Under the pieces are notes generated by a model that saw nothing but the letters and a program-made list of their open reading frames with translations, was not told the DNA's origin and did no database searches. The position numbers and the translations under genes were made by a program. 56,457 nt of DNA from a virus: IMG/VR virus record IMGVR_UViG_3300042990_000014, positions 1-56,457 of that record; one strand, written 5' to 3'. Of this stretch, positions 43,011 through 51,714 are shown piece after piece. The stretch's first letter is position 1. Every line of letters starts with the position of its first letter.

Positions 43011-44525
43011 TTACGCCAGTGGTGACAGAGAGGTATGGGGAAGATGCCCGGCAGGCTGGCTCACGGTGACCGGGGAGCGTACGGCCTCGGCGTACATGAC
43101 CATGGCGACAGCGTCACCACGGTCCGGCGAGCGCTTCAGGCGCGTTATGACGTCATCCTTGTTCTCCACCTTGATCTTCGGTGGGATGCCGGGGGCGATG
43201 GACCACGTGGGGGTGGTGAGATCTGACGTCAGCAGGTCATCCGGCGGCAACGCCAGCGTGGGCGCATACTCCGGATCCAACAGCTCACGCAGGTGCCAGT
43301 ACGCGGCGGAGCGCACGTTCACGAAGCCGTACTCCCGGGACCGGTCGCGCAGCGGACTCTTGCCAGCGCCCACGTAGGCCACCGGGTGCAGCTTCTTCTC
43401 CCGCATCCGGTCAAACACCCCGGCGCCCACGCCGGCCACGTCCACGATCGCGCGCCCGCGCTCGGCTTCGGCCAGTTCAGCCACCTTCATCGTGTCGCGC
43501 CCCTGGTGGGGCTTAAGCGTGATGACGTGGCCGGAGCGGTGCGCCAGGACGGACAGGTCCCCGCCGCGCCCCACATCCACCCCAGTCCAGTACGGCAGCC
43601 CGGCATCCGGCTTGCCCGAGCGCCGCCATTCGTGCCAGCGTTCGTTGGCGTCTTCGATCCAGCGCAGCGGAATGACGCTGTCCTCGTCATCGGCGTGGAA
43701 GTTCCCGAGGACGCGCCCCTGGTACAGCGCGGACTGCTCACCCCACTGGATCATGCGCTGGGCTGCCCACTGTGCCGAGATGCGCCCGGCGGCGATGGCC
43801 TGCTCCAGCGTGACGTGGATGGTGTGCCAGTCCTCGTAGCCCGGCGCGCGACGGTGGATGTCGTAGAAGCGGCCAGCGGGTCCGCCGGGCGTGGACATTG
43901 CGAAGATGTACGCCTCCGTGCCGCTGGCCGTGCCCGCGTTGGACAGCGCACCCTCGATCGCGTCCCAGGTGGCGGGGTCGATGATCTTCGCCTCGTCCAG
44001 CACGTACAGGATGTGGTCACCGTGCGCGCCCTCGATCCGCTCCGGCTGATTGGAGGCCACGGCAGTGGCGGCGCCGTAACGCAGCTTGAGGTGCAGGTCC
44101 AGCAGCTCGGTGCGCTCACTGAACGGCTCGCGTCCGACCACGTCCCAACGGATGCGGCGCGCCCATTTGTGGATCTCCGGCCACAGGTAGACGGAGAGCT
44201 GCCGCCAGACGCTAGCGGTGGTGATCGCCTTCCAGTCGATCTCCAGCGCGTCCCGCGTGGTGGCGAACCACAGCACAGCGATGGCCATGTCCGTGGTCTT
44301 GCCCAGCCCGTGGGGTCCGCGCTCGGTCACCCGTTTGTGCTCCACCAGGGCGTTGAGCCCCTCCTCCTGGTACGGAGCCAGGCCCCCGCCCGGTGGCCAG
44401 CGGATGCAGTCACGCGCCCACCCGGCGGGGTCGTTCACGTACTTCAGGGCCACGCGCTTGGCGCGCTCGCCCTGCTGTTGCTGGAGATCTCGCAGGCGGC
44501 GGAGTGCGGCGAGATACTCGCTCAC
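43011..44525 (-). CDS. terminase large subunit
   Basis: 504 aa. Walker A GPHGLGKTT, Walker B-like ILYVLDEA, and a C-terminal nuclease-like domain. Confidence 0.85.
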   Translation of the reverse strand: MSEYLAALRRLRDLQQQQGERAKRVALKYVNDPAGWARDCIRWPPGGGLAPYQEEGLNALVEHKRVTERGPHGLGKTTDMAIAVLWFATTRDALEIDWKAITTASVWRQLSVYLWPEIHKWARRIRWDVVGREPFSERTELLDLHLKLRYGAATAVASNQPERIEGAHGDHILYVLDEAKIIDPATWDAIEGALSNAGTASGTEAYIFAMSTPGGPAGRFYDIHRRAPGYEDWHTIHVTLEQAIAAGRISAQWAAQRMIQWGEQSALYQGRVLGNFHADDEDSVIPLRWIEDANERWHEWRRSGKPDAGLPYWTGVDVGRGGDLSVLAHRSGHVITLKPHQGRDTMKVAELAEAERGRAIVDVAGVGAGVFDRMREKKLHPVAYVGAGKSPLRDRSREYGFVNVRSAAYWHLRELLDPEYAPTLALPPDDLLTSDLTTPTWSIAPGIPPKIKVENKDDVITRLKRSPDRGDAVAMVMYAEAVRSPVTVSQPAGHLPHTSLSPLA

Positions 44526-44683
44526 GTATCGTCGCCTGCGACGTACGGCCCGCGCTCCCAGGAAGGATCGACAGGCTCAGCGACGGGAGGGCGACCGCTC
44601 TTGTCCAGAGTCCAGTAATCGCTCCCCACCTCCAGCCGGTCGCCCGGCTGGAGTGGCAGGATCTGGATCTCCTCGTCGCTCAC
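44522..44683 (-). CDS. hypothetical protein (53 aa)
   Basis: GTGA-coupled GTG at 44683 (VSDEEIQILPL...), in the same frame as ORF 44522-44707. Confidence 0.5.
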   Translation of the reverse strand: MSDEEIQILPLQPGDRLEVGSDYWTLDKSGRPPVAEPVDPSWERGPYVAGDDT

Positions 44684-44841
44684 AGCGCATCCCAGCGCCG
44701 CGCCCACCGCACACCGTCACGCCAGGTGGCGCGCGGCCTCACGCCCATACTCACGTCCACGACCCACGCCACGGGGAACAGACTGGCGGCCACCACCATG
44801 CGCCCGCTGACGAGCGCGAACCGACGCAGCGCGCGGATCAC
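44680..44841 (-). CDS. hypothetical protein (53 aa)
   Basis: Hand-translated VIRALRRFALVSGRMVVAAS.... GTGA coupled at both ends. High GC3. Fills a gap in the ORF track. Confidence 0.45.
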   Translation of the reverse strand: MIRALRRFALVSGRMVVAASLFPVAWVVDVSMGVRPRATWRDGVRWARRWDAL

Positions 44842-45380
44842 GGCGCGCTCTCTCCGGACGCGATCTCCGCCTCCACCCGCGCGATCTCCGCCTGGATCGC
44901 GTCGAGAGAAAGGTTCTCGAACTTCGTCGGGGCGTCGAGGCCGCGCAGCTTGGCGAGACGCTCCTCGGCCCGCGACATCCGGTCCATGGCGGCCAGCTTC
45001 GGCATGTCGTCAATGAGCGGGACATCCTTGCCGCTCTCCGGATCCTTGACGCACACCACCTTGCCGTGACTCACCGTCGGGTGGTCCGTGCGCGCGACGT
45101 CGCGCGCCATCACGTAGATCTCCTCCGCCCGGAGTACGGCCCGCGCGCGCAGCTCCTCGGCCGGAGCCTTGATCGTCTCCAGGAGAACGGTCTTGATCGC
45201 GCGGTGCGCATTCTGCTTGCCGCCATACCCAAGCGCGTCAGAAATCTCCAGGTAGCTGGCTCCGGCGGTGTACATCTTGCACGCCTCGGCGTCGCGTTCG
45301 GCACCCTCTACGGTGCGCCGCAACCTGCCATTTCCGTCCCGGGGGCGGTCGTCCTGGCCAGGAGTCATCTTGGCTACCAT
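44838..45380 (-). CDS. terminase small subunit (HTH)
   Basis: ATG at 45380 after GGGGGAGG. HTH-like AGASYLEISDALGYGGKQNAHRAIKTVL. Lies upstream of the large subunit. Confidence 0.65.
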   Translation of the reverse strand: MVAKMTPGQDDRPRDGNGRLRRTVEGAERDAEACKMYTAGASYLEISDALGYGGKQNAHRAIKTVLLETIKAPAEELRARAVLRAEEIYVMARDVARTDHPTVSHGKVVCVKDPESGKDVPLIDDMPKLAAMDRMSRAEERLAKLRGLDAPTKFENLSLDAIQAEIARVEAEIASGESAP

Positions 45381-45697
45381 GCCCGAAACCTCCCCCACAT
45401 CGTGATCATCTTCCCCAGTATCCACCGGCCTGCCTGCGACAGTAACCAGCAGGTCCAGATGACCGCCAGCACGGGCACCGTGAGCGGCGAGGCGATCACC
45501 GCCACGATGCGCACCCTCTTGCCGATGTGCTCATCTTCCCAGGTCAGCTCCTGCTGCGCACTCAGGATGGCCTGCTGGATCGCGTGCGCGTCCCGAGGGT
45601 CCGGGAAGTCCGCGAGGATCTCCTCGATGGGCATCGTCCGGGCGCGCTTCGCCGAGTAGTAGGCCGCGCGCGTGCGGACGTCCTCGATCGCGCTCAC
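45374..45697 (-). CDS. membrane protein (107 aa)
   Basis: ORF track; GTGA coupled; C-terminal TM helix. Confidence 0.6.
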   Translation of the reverse strand: MSAIEDVRTRAAYYSAKRARTMPIEEILADFPDPRDAHAIQQAILSAQQELTWEDEHIGKRVRIVAVIASPLTVPVLAVIWTCWLLSQAGRWILGKMITMWGRFRAW

Positions 45698-45993
45698 CCG
45701 AGGTCCCTCACGATCTTCGCCGCCCAGTCCCCGTCATTCAGGAAGCCGCCCTTCTCGTACTTCGGCCGATCGATCCGGCCAGCGCGCGACAGTTCCATGG
45801 TCAGCTCGATCTGGCGCGCCGCGTGCTCACGCACCTGCTCAGAAATAGCGTTCCACACCGCCCACACCGCGATCTCCGCAATAGAGGGCATGTGGTCTGC
45901 GGCTTCATGAGCCAGCGCCACCGTGCCGTGGCGCGCCATGTAGTCAGCGATGGCGTCGCGCGCCATCTCGTTGATCTCCGCCCCGGTCTTCAC
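45694..45993 (-). CDS. hypothetical protein, paralogue B (99 aa)
   Basis: MKTGAEINEMARDAIADY...AADH...IAE, similar to the adjacent gene. Confidence 0.7.
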   Translation of the reverse strand: MKTGAEINEMARDAIADYMARHGTVALAHEAADHMPSIAEIAVWAVWNAISEQVREHAARQIELTMELSRAGRIDRPKYEKGGFLNDGDWAAKIVRDLG

Positions 45994-46292
45994 GTGGTCT
46001 CACCCCGCGCGATCTTCGCAAGCCATACTCCCAGCGTGATCGACTGGCCGTCGATCCACTCCTCGCGCACGTAACGCCCCGTCGTCTGCCTGATCCAGGC
46101 CGCCTCGACCTCCCCCGCCGCCTGCGCACGTGCGTGCTCCGCGATCTCGTGCCACACGGTCATCACCACCGCCTCCGCGATGGCGCCCACGTGATCGGCG
46201 GCAGCGTGAAGCAGCGCCTGCGACTCGCAGCCCAGCAGGTAGGCGTCGATGGCGTCACGCGCCATCTCCTCGATCTGCTTGCCGGTCTTCAC
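45990..46292 (-). CDS. hypothetical protein, paralogue A (100 aa)
   Basis: MKTGKQIEEMARDAIDAY...AADH...IAE. Confidence 0.7.
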   Translation of the reverse strand: MKTGKQIEEMARDAIDAYLLGCESQALLHAAADHVGAIAEAVVMTVWHEIAEHARAQAAGEVEAAWIRQTTGRYVREEWIDGQSITLGVWLAKIARGETT

Positions 46293-46630
46293 GCAGCCTC
46301 ACCGTGCACGATCTGCACACCTTCCGCGATCATGTGCTCCACCATGTGGGCGGCGGCCTCGACGCCCGCCACGTACCGCTCCAGCTTCGTGAACCGGTGC
46401 ACCCGGGTAGGGTCCAGCGGCTTGCGGTCGAACTCGGCGTAGGCCTCTCGGTACTCCTCGCTCCGCCGGCAGTGCTCCGCGTACTCGCGCAGCGACAGGT
46501 ACACCCCCTGGAGCGTCACCGCGTGCGCGTTCAGCGCGGCGGCGTGCTCCGGGTGCAGGATCTCCATGTGGTCCATCGCCATCGCCTCCGGCACCTCGTT
46601 GTCCGTCTTCGGACACAGTTCGCAGATCAT
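46289..46630 (-). CDS. hypothetical protein (113 aa)
   Basis: ATGA-coupled ATG at 46630 (MICELCPKTDNE...). Confidence 0.65.
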   Translation of the reverse strand: MICELCPKTDNEVPEAMAMDHMEILHPEHAAALNAHAVTLQGVYLSLREYAEHCRRSEEYREAYAEFDRKPLDPTRVHRFTKLERYVAGVEAAAHMVEHMIAEGVQIVHGEAA

Positions 46631-47166
46631 CCGTTCACTCCCTTCAGTTCGGGCCAGGTGACGGCCTCCAGCGCCTTCGCGTTGAGCGCCGGTACCTTCG
46701 TCAGTGGCGCGCCATAGTGGTGCTGCGCCATCGCCGCGAGGATCACCGCGTCCGCCTGATTGTTGTCCGCCACGTCCACGAGGTGCCCATAGCGCTTCAC
46801 GGTCGCGATCAGCACGGCGTCCTTGCTCGCCGCCCCACTGCCGGTCGCGTACTTCTTCAGGCCGCCGGGGGTAATCGTCACGTACGGAATGTCCTCGCGC
46901 CACAGCGTGTGCACCACCAACCACCACAGGCCAGCACGCTCGTGGTGCCCCTGCTGGCCGCCCTGCTTGCCGTAGGCGGGGCTCTCGATCACCACGAGGT
47001 CAGCGCCGGGGACAGCCGCACGAATGCACCGGTCCAGGACGAATTGCAGGCGTGCGTTGCCGGTCAGCCTCGGGCAGCTCACCGTCTCGACGGTGAGCAT
47101 GTCGCCACCGTTCACCCGGCAGATGCCGGTACCGGTCAGCGAGAGATCCAGCGCGGTGATGATCAT
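46627..47166 (-). CDS. RuvC-like Holliday junction resolvase
   Basis: ATG at 47166. Motifs MIITALDLSLTGTG, VVIESPAY and ADAVILA. Confidence 0.8.
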   Translation of the reverse strand: MIITALDLSLTGTGICRVNGGDMLTVETVSCPRLTGNARLQFVLDRCIRAAVPGADLVVIESPAYGKQGGQQGHHERAGLWWLVVHTLWREDIPYVTITPGGLKKYATGSGAASKDAVLIATVKRYGHLVDVADNNQADAVILAAMAQHHYGAPLTKVPALNAKALEAVTWPELKGVNG

Positions 47167-47258
47167 CGGGAGCCACCGCCCCCGAGATACCAGGCCAGCC
47201 ACAGGTACCCGAAGGCAAAGGCTACGAGAAACCCGACAACGCCAGCAATGATGATCAC
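47163..47258 (-). CDS. micro-ORF iv, single-TM peptide (31 aa)
   Basis: Hand-translated VIIIAGVVGFLVAFAFGYLWLAWYLGGGGSR. GTGA/ATGA coupled at both ends. Confidence 0.4.
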   Translation of the reverse strand: MIIIAGVVGFLVAFAFGYLWLAWYLGGGGSR

Positions 47259-47341
47259 TCGAATCCCGCCCACATGATGCCGATGCCGACAATCAGCACG
47301 ACAATGCCGATACCCATGAGAATCTGTTCACCCGCGTTCAC
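47255..47341 (-). CDS. micro-ORF iii, single-TM peptide (28 aa)
   Basis: VNAGEQILMGIGIVVLIVGIGIMWAGFE. GTGA coupled at both ends. Confidence 0.4.
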   Translation of the reverse strand: MNAGEQILMGIGIVVLIVGIGIMWAGFE

Positions 47342-47442
47342 CGGGGACCCTCCAGCGTGCCCTTGAACCACGCCCATCCGATCGCCACCAGCACGATCGC
47401 GCACAGAACGCCCATCGCGATGCGCACCGGGTCGCTGGTCAC
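47338..47442 (-). CDS. micro-ORF ii, single-TM peptide (34 aa)
   Basis: VTSDPVRIAMGVLCAIVLVAIGWAWFKGTLEGPR. GTGA coupled at both ends. Confidence 0.4.
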   Translation of the reverse strand: MTSDPVRIAMGVLCAIVLVAIGWAWFKGTLEGPR

Positions 47443-47564
47443 AGCGTCCTCCCGATGGACATGGCCAGCACCGTCAGCGCCAGCAGCAGCGCACACAGCG
47501 CGATCGCCTGATAGACGCCGCTCATCGCAGCCACGTTCGCCGCGATCCTGTGAATGATCTTCAC
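47439..47564 (-). CDS. micro-ORF i, single-TM peptide (41 aa)
   Basis: VKIIHRIAANVAAMSGVYQAIALCALLLALTVLAMSIGRTL. GAAGGGAG RBS. Sits just downstream of promoter 47589-47617. Confidence 0.45.
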   Translation of the reverse strand: MKIIHRIAANVAAMSGVYQAIALCALLLALTVLAMSIGRTL

Positions 47565-48082
47565 GTTGCACTCCCTTCGTCTCCGCTGACGCTATCAACG
47601 ATCGACGTATTCGTCAACCGCGAAGGCGTCACCAGGTACGCGCCCAAGCTCAACGCGTCCGGGTGCGCCTTGCTGGCCGTGAGCGGCACCACGGTGGGCA
47701 TCATGCCGGCCCCCCAGGCGTACGCGCTGTCCGCGCTCCACTTACTTGCACCCGGACCCACCGTTAACGGCCCCAGGATCGCCGCTGACGTCCAAACGGC
47801 CGCCGCCCTATACCGAGTATGGGGAAGGTGCATTCGCAACGCCACAGAGTGCGTGAGCGCCTTCGCGTGGCCACTGGAGTCCACCGCGTGGCCCTTGGCG
47901 TAGGTGGGAAGCACTTCCCATCCCGCCGCAACCGCCGCCTTCATCACGCGCCTGGCGCCGGTCGGGATCTCCTCCGGCGTTGCCGGGCGGGCACCCACCT
48001 CCGGCGCGGGGTGCGGCGCGGCGGGCACGTCCTGCGGTTCGGCCTGCCACCGCCTGCGGTAGTCGACGGCTTCGAGGGTCAC
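47561..48082 (-). CDS. hypothetical protein (173 aa)
   Basis: GTGA-coupled GTG at 48082 (VTLEAVDYRRRW...). Confidence 0.65.
   Translation of the reverse strand: MTLEAVDYRRRWQAEPQDVPAAPHPAPEVGARPATPEEIPTGARRVMKAAVAAGWEVLPTYAKGHAVDSSGHAKALTHSVALRMHLPHTRYRAAAVWTSAAILGPLTVGPGASKWSADSAYAWGAGMMPTVVPLTASKAHPDALSLGAYLVTPSRLTNTSIVDSVSGDEGSAT
47589..47617 (-). promoter_or_regulatory. class 2 promoter, copy 3 (on the - strand)
   Basis: On the - strand: TTGACG, 17-nt spacer AATACGTCGATCGTTGA, TAGCGT. The last 12 spacer nt plus the -10 (18 nt in all) are identical to the 7777-7805 copy. Confidence 0.55.
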
Positions 48083-48270
48083 GAGTGCGTTCCGTAGGTG
48101 GCGTGCATCTCCGCCTCGTCCTGCTCCGCCTGGAGGTGGCCCCATCCGGTGTCCGCGTCCCGCGCCGCGAACCACTCGCTCGCTCCCCGCATCTCGCCCT
48201 CCAGCTTCTCCACTCGCTCCGTCAGATCGCGGATCGTGTTCTCTAGGTCGTCCCGTTCCATCTCGTTCAT
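48079..48270 (-). CDS. hypothetical coiled-coil protein (63 aa)
   Basis: ORF track. Confidence 0.6.
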   Translation of the reverse strand: MNEMERDDLENTIRDLTERVEKLEGEMRGASEWFAARDADTGWGHLQAEQDEAEMHATYGTHS

Positions 48271-48298
48271 GATCCAGTTCCTTCCGCTCGGCCGTTTC

Positions 48299-48637
48299 CT
48301 AGATGTCCGTTGGCCATTCGATAAGGCGCAATGTCCTGTTATCCACGTTGGCCTTTCGGAGCTTGCGTTCGTACTCTCCGGTGCGGCTCACCAGCCCGCC
48401 CGAGATGGCTTGTCGGATTATGTTGTCCGCCGTTTTGACGGCAATGTCACTCGCTCGGAGCATCGTCGCGAGAGCCTCACTCCACGTCACCCCACTAGGC
48501 GTTCCGGCCAGCAGTGTGCGCAGGGCTTGCGTGGCAGGTGCGAGCCTTGGCGCCTTGAGGGGGTCTAGGGATCTGATCATGAAGATGCGGTAATCGTGCG
48601 CCTGTCGCTGGCGGATCAGTTCCTCATCGCTGGTCAT
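48299..48637 (-). CDS. hypothetical protein (112 aa), first gene after the iteron region
   Basis: ATG at 48637 after GGGGGGAGGATGG. Confidence 0.6.
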   Translation of the reverse strand: MTSDEELIRQRQAHDYRIFMIRSLDPLKAPRLAPATQALRTLLAGTPSGVTWSEALATMLRASDIAVKTADNIIRQAISGGLVSRTGEYERKLRKANVDNRTLRLIEWPTDI

Positions 48638-48703
48638 GCTTCCATCCTCCCCCCTATGGGGCGAGAGGGTCAAGCTAGTGGACGGAGGTCTTCAAAATCT
48701 CCA

Positions 48704-49015
48704 GTCGCACGGCTGGGCTCGCAAGCCAGGTCGCACCCCTCCGGGGTTCCCTAGAAACCCCGGAGTCGTGCGACCTGGCAGCTCGCGAGGTTCCGGGTCT
48801 AGTCGCAAAGTTAGTCGCTTTTAGTCGCAAGATTGTAAAACCCCAGGTCAGACTAGCGACTAATCTTGCGACCTCTTGCGACCTGGCTCTCCAAGACATC
48901 GATGAACCACCTAGTCGCAAGCTAGTCGCAAAGGCCATTTGGAGATCAACTTTGCGACCTGCCTCTGACCTGCGGTTTCTCAAGATCATGCGACTAATAT
49001 ATTACCGCTTGCGAC
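48704..49015. repeat. iteron array: about 14 copies of GTCGCA/TGCGAC cores, extended consensus CTAGTCGCAAG, in both orientations
   Basis: Cores start at 48704, 48730, 48769, 48802, 48814 (variant), 48824, 48855 (variant), 48867, 48877, 48914, 48925, 48953, 48989 and 49010. This is the only long non-coding, locally AT-richer stretch. Confidence 0.8.
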
Positions 49016-49020
49016 TAGTA

Positions 49021-49064
49021 GTAAAACGGAAGAACCGGACACCACGACGGTGCCCGGTTCTTCC
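49021..49064 (-). terminator. rho-independent terminator after the primase/helicase gene
   Basis: 15-bp stem GGAAGAACCGG.CACC/GGTG.CCGGTTCTTCC followed on the - strand by GTTTTAC. Confidence 0.75.
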
Positions 49065-49076
49065 GCCCCGCACGAC

Positions 49077-51194
49077 CTAGTACGTGTGCTCCGGCAGCAC
49101 ATACCGGCGCCCCATTCGGACCATGAGCCCCTTGGCGCACAGCGACGTAAGCGCGGTCCCCGCTGAGTTGCTTGCGATCTCGCGCCCCTTGACCTCCTTT
49201 ACGAACCGGATCAATTCGGACGCTAGCGCGCCGCCATCGTGGTTGGCGTGCTCGCGCAACGCCTCAAGGAGATCTTGCTGGTTGGGTACCAGGTTGCCGA
49301 TATGGTCCGGTACCGGGCGGGGCGGTGGCTGGCTGAACGGGTTGGCCGGCGCCAGCGCCAGCGACGTGAGCCGGCGCCCGGTCACTGGATCATCGCCCAA
49401 CTCCACCACCTGGAGCTGGATATCGAACGCTTCGGACTCGTCCCCGTCCTTCTGTTTGTCCGTGGTGATCGCGGCCGTCAACAAGGCGCGTTCGGACTTC
49501 TTCGACGGCCGCTCCACCCGGATCTCCGTGTCCTGCGCCCCGTCCAGAGCGCTGCTGCCGCGCGCGTCGCCGCCATCCCTACCCGTGTGGTGCACCACCG
49601 TCACGCACGCCCCCGTGGCCGCCTTCAACCGGCGCACAGCGTCGATCAGGATGCCCATGTCCTTCGCGCTGTTCTCCTCCAGCCCCACCGTGATGCGGGC
49701 CTGGGTGTCCAACACGATCAGCACGGGCTCCAGCCGGCGACACGCCGCAACGAGCACCGCCCACCCCTCGGCGTTGCTCACCTGGACCGGCTCAGGCAGG
49801 AACCGCACGTTCGCCACGCGGTGCCCGTAGGTCCCCTCCCACGCGCGTACCCGCAACGGCAGTCCCTTGGCGCCCTCCGCTGCGACGTACACCACCGTGC
49901 CCTGGTGGACCTTCTTGCCACGCCAGTCCAATCCCAGCGCCACGTGGCAGGCCCAGTCCAGCGCCACAAAGCTCTTGAACCCGCCGGGCGCGCCGATGAT
50001 CCAGGTCTCCGAGTCCAGGTCCAGCATGTCCCGAATCAGCGGGCGCGGCGCAGGGATCTTCGCCAGCGCATCCCGGTCCAGCATCCTGGCCAGCAGCGCC
50101 TCCACCGGGTCCAGCTTCGGCGCCAGCGGCCTCGGGTCGAACATCAGCCCGTCGCACTCCCCCGCCGGGTCCGCCGAGCCGTCAGCCGTGACGACGGACC
50201 CCGAAGGAGGGTGGTCGAACATCAACCCCTCGTGCGGGTCCGGCGGCATGGGCCTGCCCTGGCCCACCACCTTGCTCTGCGCTGACCGGAACGTCTTGGC
50301 GAACTCCTCGGAGTCCTGCCCGCCGCCGTCCCTGCCGTACATCGTCTCCCGGATGTGGCGCGCCTGCTCCAGCGCTGCCGCCGCGTCGTGCACCCCCAGG
50401 GCATTCCAGGGGGATTGCACCACTTCCAAGATGTTGCACGCGCTGGCGAAGAGCTGTTCGTTGCCCCGCCCCCGGGGCGCCTGGGCGTACGCCGCCGCCT
50501 CATTGCGCAGCACCGCGTTGGCGTACCTGGTCACGCGTTCCTGCTCCGCCGGATCCAGGCTGGCGTACTCCGGTAGATCTTCCGCCGCGATGGACGGCCC
50601 CACCTCGAACCCCGCCGGGATCACCAGCAGGTCCAGCAGCCACTGGGGCGCGGCCACGATGGGGTCCCCCCGCAGCAGGGAGTACGGCCCGACGCCGCTC
50701 ACGCTGGGGGGCGCCACCACCTGCCCACCCGTGGCCCGCACGTCGATACCGCCGGCCAGCTTCTTGCTGTTGTTGCGCAGCGGAAAGTCCGGCATGAGGA
50801 AGTAGTAGTGCATACCGCCCGATCCGGTCTGCACGGTGCGGGTGTACGGCAGCGCGCCGTGCACCGCCTCCAGCGCGGCGAGCTGCGCGGGGCCGCCGCT
50901 CTTCGGGTCGATGTCCAGCACGAAGAAGCCGGAGATCTCCCCGGTGCGGATCCCGATGTTCCAATCCGGGCCGTCCTCCTGCCAGGTGGCGTAGGCGTCG
51001 GCGTTGGACATGGCTGGCCCGGACGTCCAGCCGGTGTACACGGGGTGCTTGCCCACGTTGTCGCAGGTAGGGCGCCCGCACGTGCACTTCTTCAGGTCCA
51101 CGTCCGTCAGCCCGTGGACCGCGATCACGGCCCACCCGCGCGCGATGTACTCCAGTGCGGCGGTATAGGTGGAGTTGGTGCTAATATCGTTCAC
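49077..51194 (-). CDS. bifunctional primase-polymerase plus RecA-like (AAA_25/RepA-type) helicase
   Basis: GTG at 51194 after AAAGGAG. Motifs GWAVIAV, GKHP, FFVLDIDPKSGG, GGMHYYF. C-terminal Walker A GAPGGFKS and Walker B LIVLDTQA. Confidence 0.8.
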   Translation of the reverse strand: MNDISTNSTYTAALEYIARGWAVIAVHGLTDVDLKKCTCGRPTCDNVGKHPVYTGWTSGPAMSNADAYATWQEDGPDWNIGIRTGEISGFFVLDIDPKSGGPAQLAALEAVHGALPYTRTVQTGSGGMHYYFLMPDFPLRNNSKKLAGGIDVRATGGQVVAPPSVSGVGPYSLLRGDPIVAAPQWLLDLLVIPAGFEVGPSIAAEDLPEYASLDPAEQERVTRYANAVLRNEAAAYAQAPRGRGNEQLFASACNILEVVQSPWNALGVHDAAAALEQARHIRETMYGRDGGGQDSEEFAKTFRSAQSKVVGQGRPMPPDPHEGLMFDHPPSGSVVTADGSADPAGECDGLMFDPRPLAPKLDPVEALLARMLDRDALAKIPAPRPLIRDMLDLDSETWIIGAPGGFKSFVALDWACHVALGLDWRGKKVHQGTVVYVAAEGAKGLPLRVRAWEGTYGHRVANVRFLPEPVQVSNAEGWAVLVAACRRLEPVLIVLDTQARITVGLEENSAKDMGILIDAVRRLKAATGACVTVVHHTGRDGGDARGSSALDGAQDTEIRVERPSKKSERALLTAAITTDKQKDGDESEAFDIQLQVVELGDDPVTGRRLTSLALAPANPFSQPPPRPVPDHIGNLVPNQQDLLEALREHANHDGGALASELIRFVKEVKGREIASNSAGTALTSLCAKGLMVRMGRRYVLPEHTY

Positions 51195-51258
51195 GAACCG
51201 GGCTCCTTTGCTCTGCTGTACCTGGCCCCGATGTTGACGCATCGGGGCTGCTTTGCGT

Positions 51259-51660
51259 CTACGCCTCGACGGTACGGGTGTCGCGCTCGCGCCCCTCCGC
51301 CGCTATTGCGGCGAACCGTCTTCCCCGCTCCCTCTTCAGGCGCGCCTCGACCGAGGCTAGACCTACCGTCAGCGCCCAGCGCACGACGCGTCCGATTCCC
51401 CGGGGTCCACCGGCCAGCAGGTCCACGCGCGCCTTCATCTCCGTCGTCACCAGCACGCTGACCTGCCCCCCTAGGGTGGCGCTCAGCACCTCTTCCGGCA
51501 CCCCGGTGTTCTCCATCAGCGGCAGCGCCCTCTCCAGCACTTCGCGCACCACGTCCCCCTGGCTCACCGGGTAGGTGGCCTCCAGGTGGGTGATGCGCGC
51601 CTTCATCTTGTCGGTGACCTTCGCGCTCAACTGCGTGTCCAGCCCCTGATTCCGTGCCAT
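51259..51660 (-). CDS. tandem ribbon-helix-helix (CopG/Arc-like) DNA-binding protein
   Basis: Two RHH-like repeats, LSAKVTDKMKARITHLEA and VSVLVTTEMKARVDLLAG. First gene of the - arm, at the divergent control region. Confidence 0.6.
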   Translation of the reverse strand: MARNQGLDTQLSAKVTDKMKARITHLEATYPVSQGDVVREVLERALPLMENTGVPEEVLSATLGGQVSVLVTTEMKARVDLLAGGPRGIGRVVRWALTVGLASVEARLKRERGRRFAAIAAEGRERDTRTVEA

Positions 51661-51683
51661 GTCCTCGATCCTCTCGGTAGATG

Positions 51684-51714
51684 TTGCACAACCCTACCAT
51701 GTAGCTGTTAGAGT
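51684..51714 (+). promoter_or_regulatory. promoter with degenerate class 1 operator at the divergent control region
   Basis: TTGCAC, CTACCATG-TA-GCTGTTAG, TAGAGT 51709-51714. The ATG at 51721 lies 6 nt downstream. Confidence 0.5.

Noticed and set aside
48704-49015. Possible CRISPR array
   Set aside because: The repeats are only 9-11 bp, occur in both orientations with irregular 1-30 bp spacing, and have no uniform spacers or nearby cas genes. They are better interpreted as iterons or operators.
51233-51262. + strand TTGACG box inside the hairpin between the RHH and primase genes as a promoter
   Set aside because: No TANNNT hexamer lies at 16-19 nt, and it would transcribe antisense into the RHH gene. 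The sequence is better explained as the loop of the 51225-51246 hairpin.
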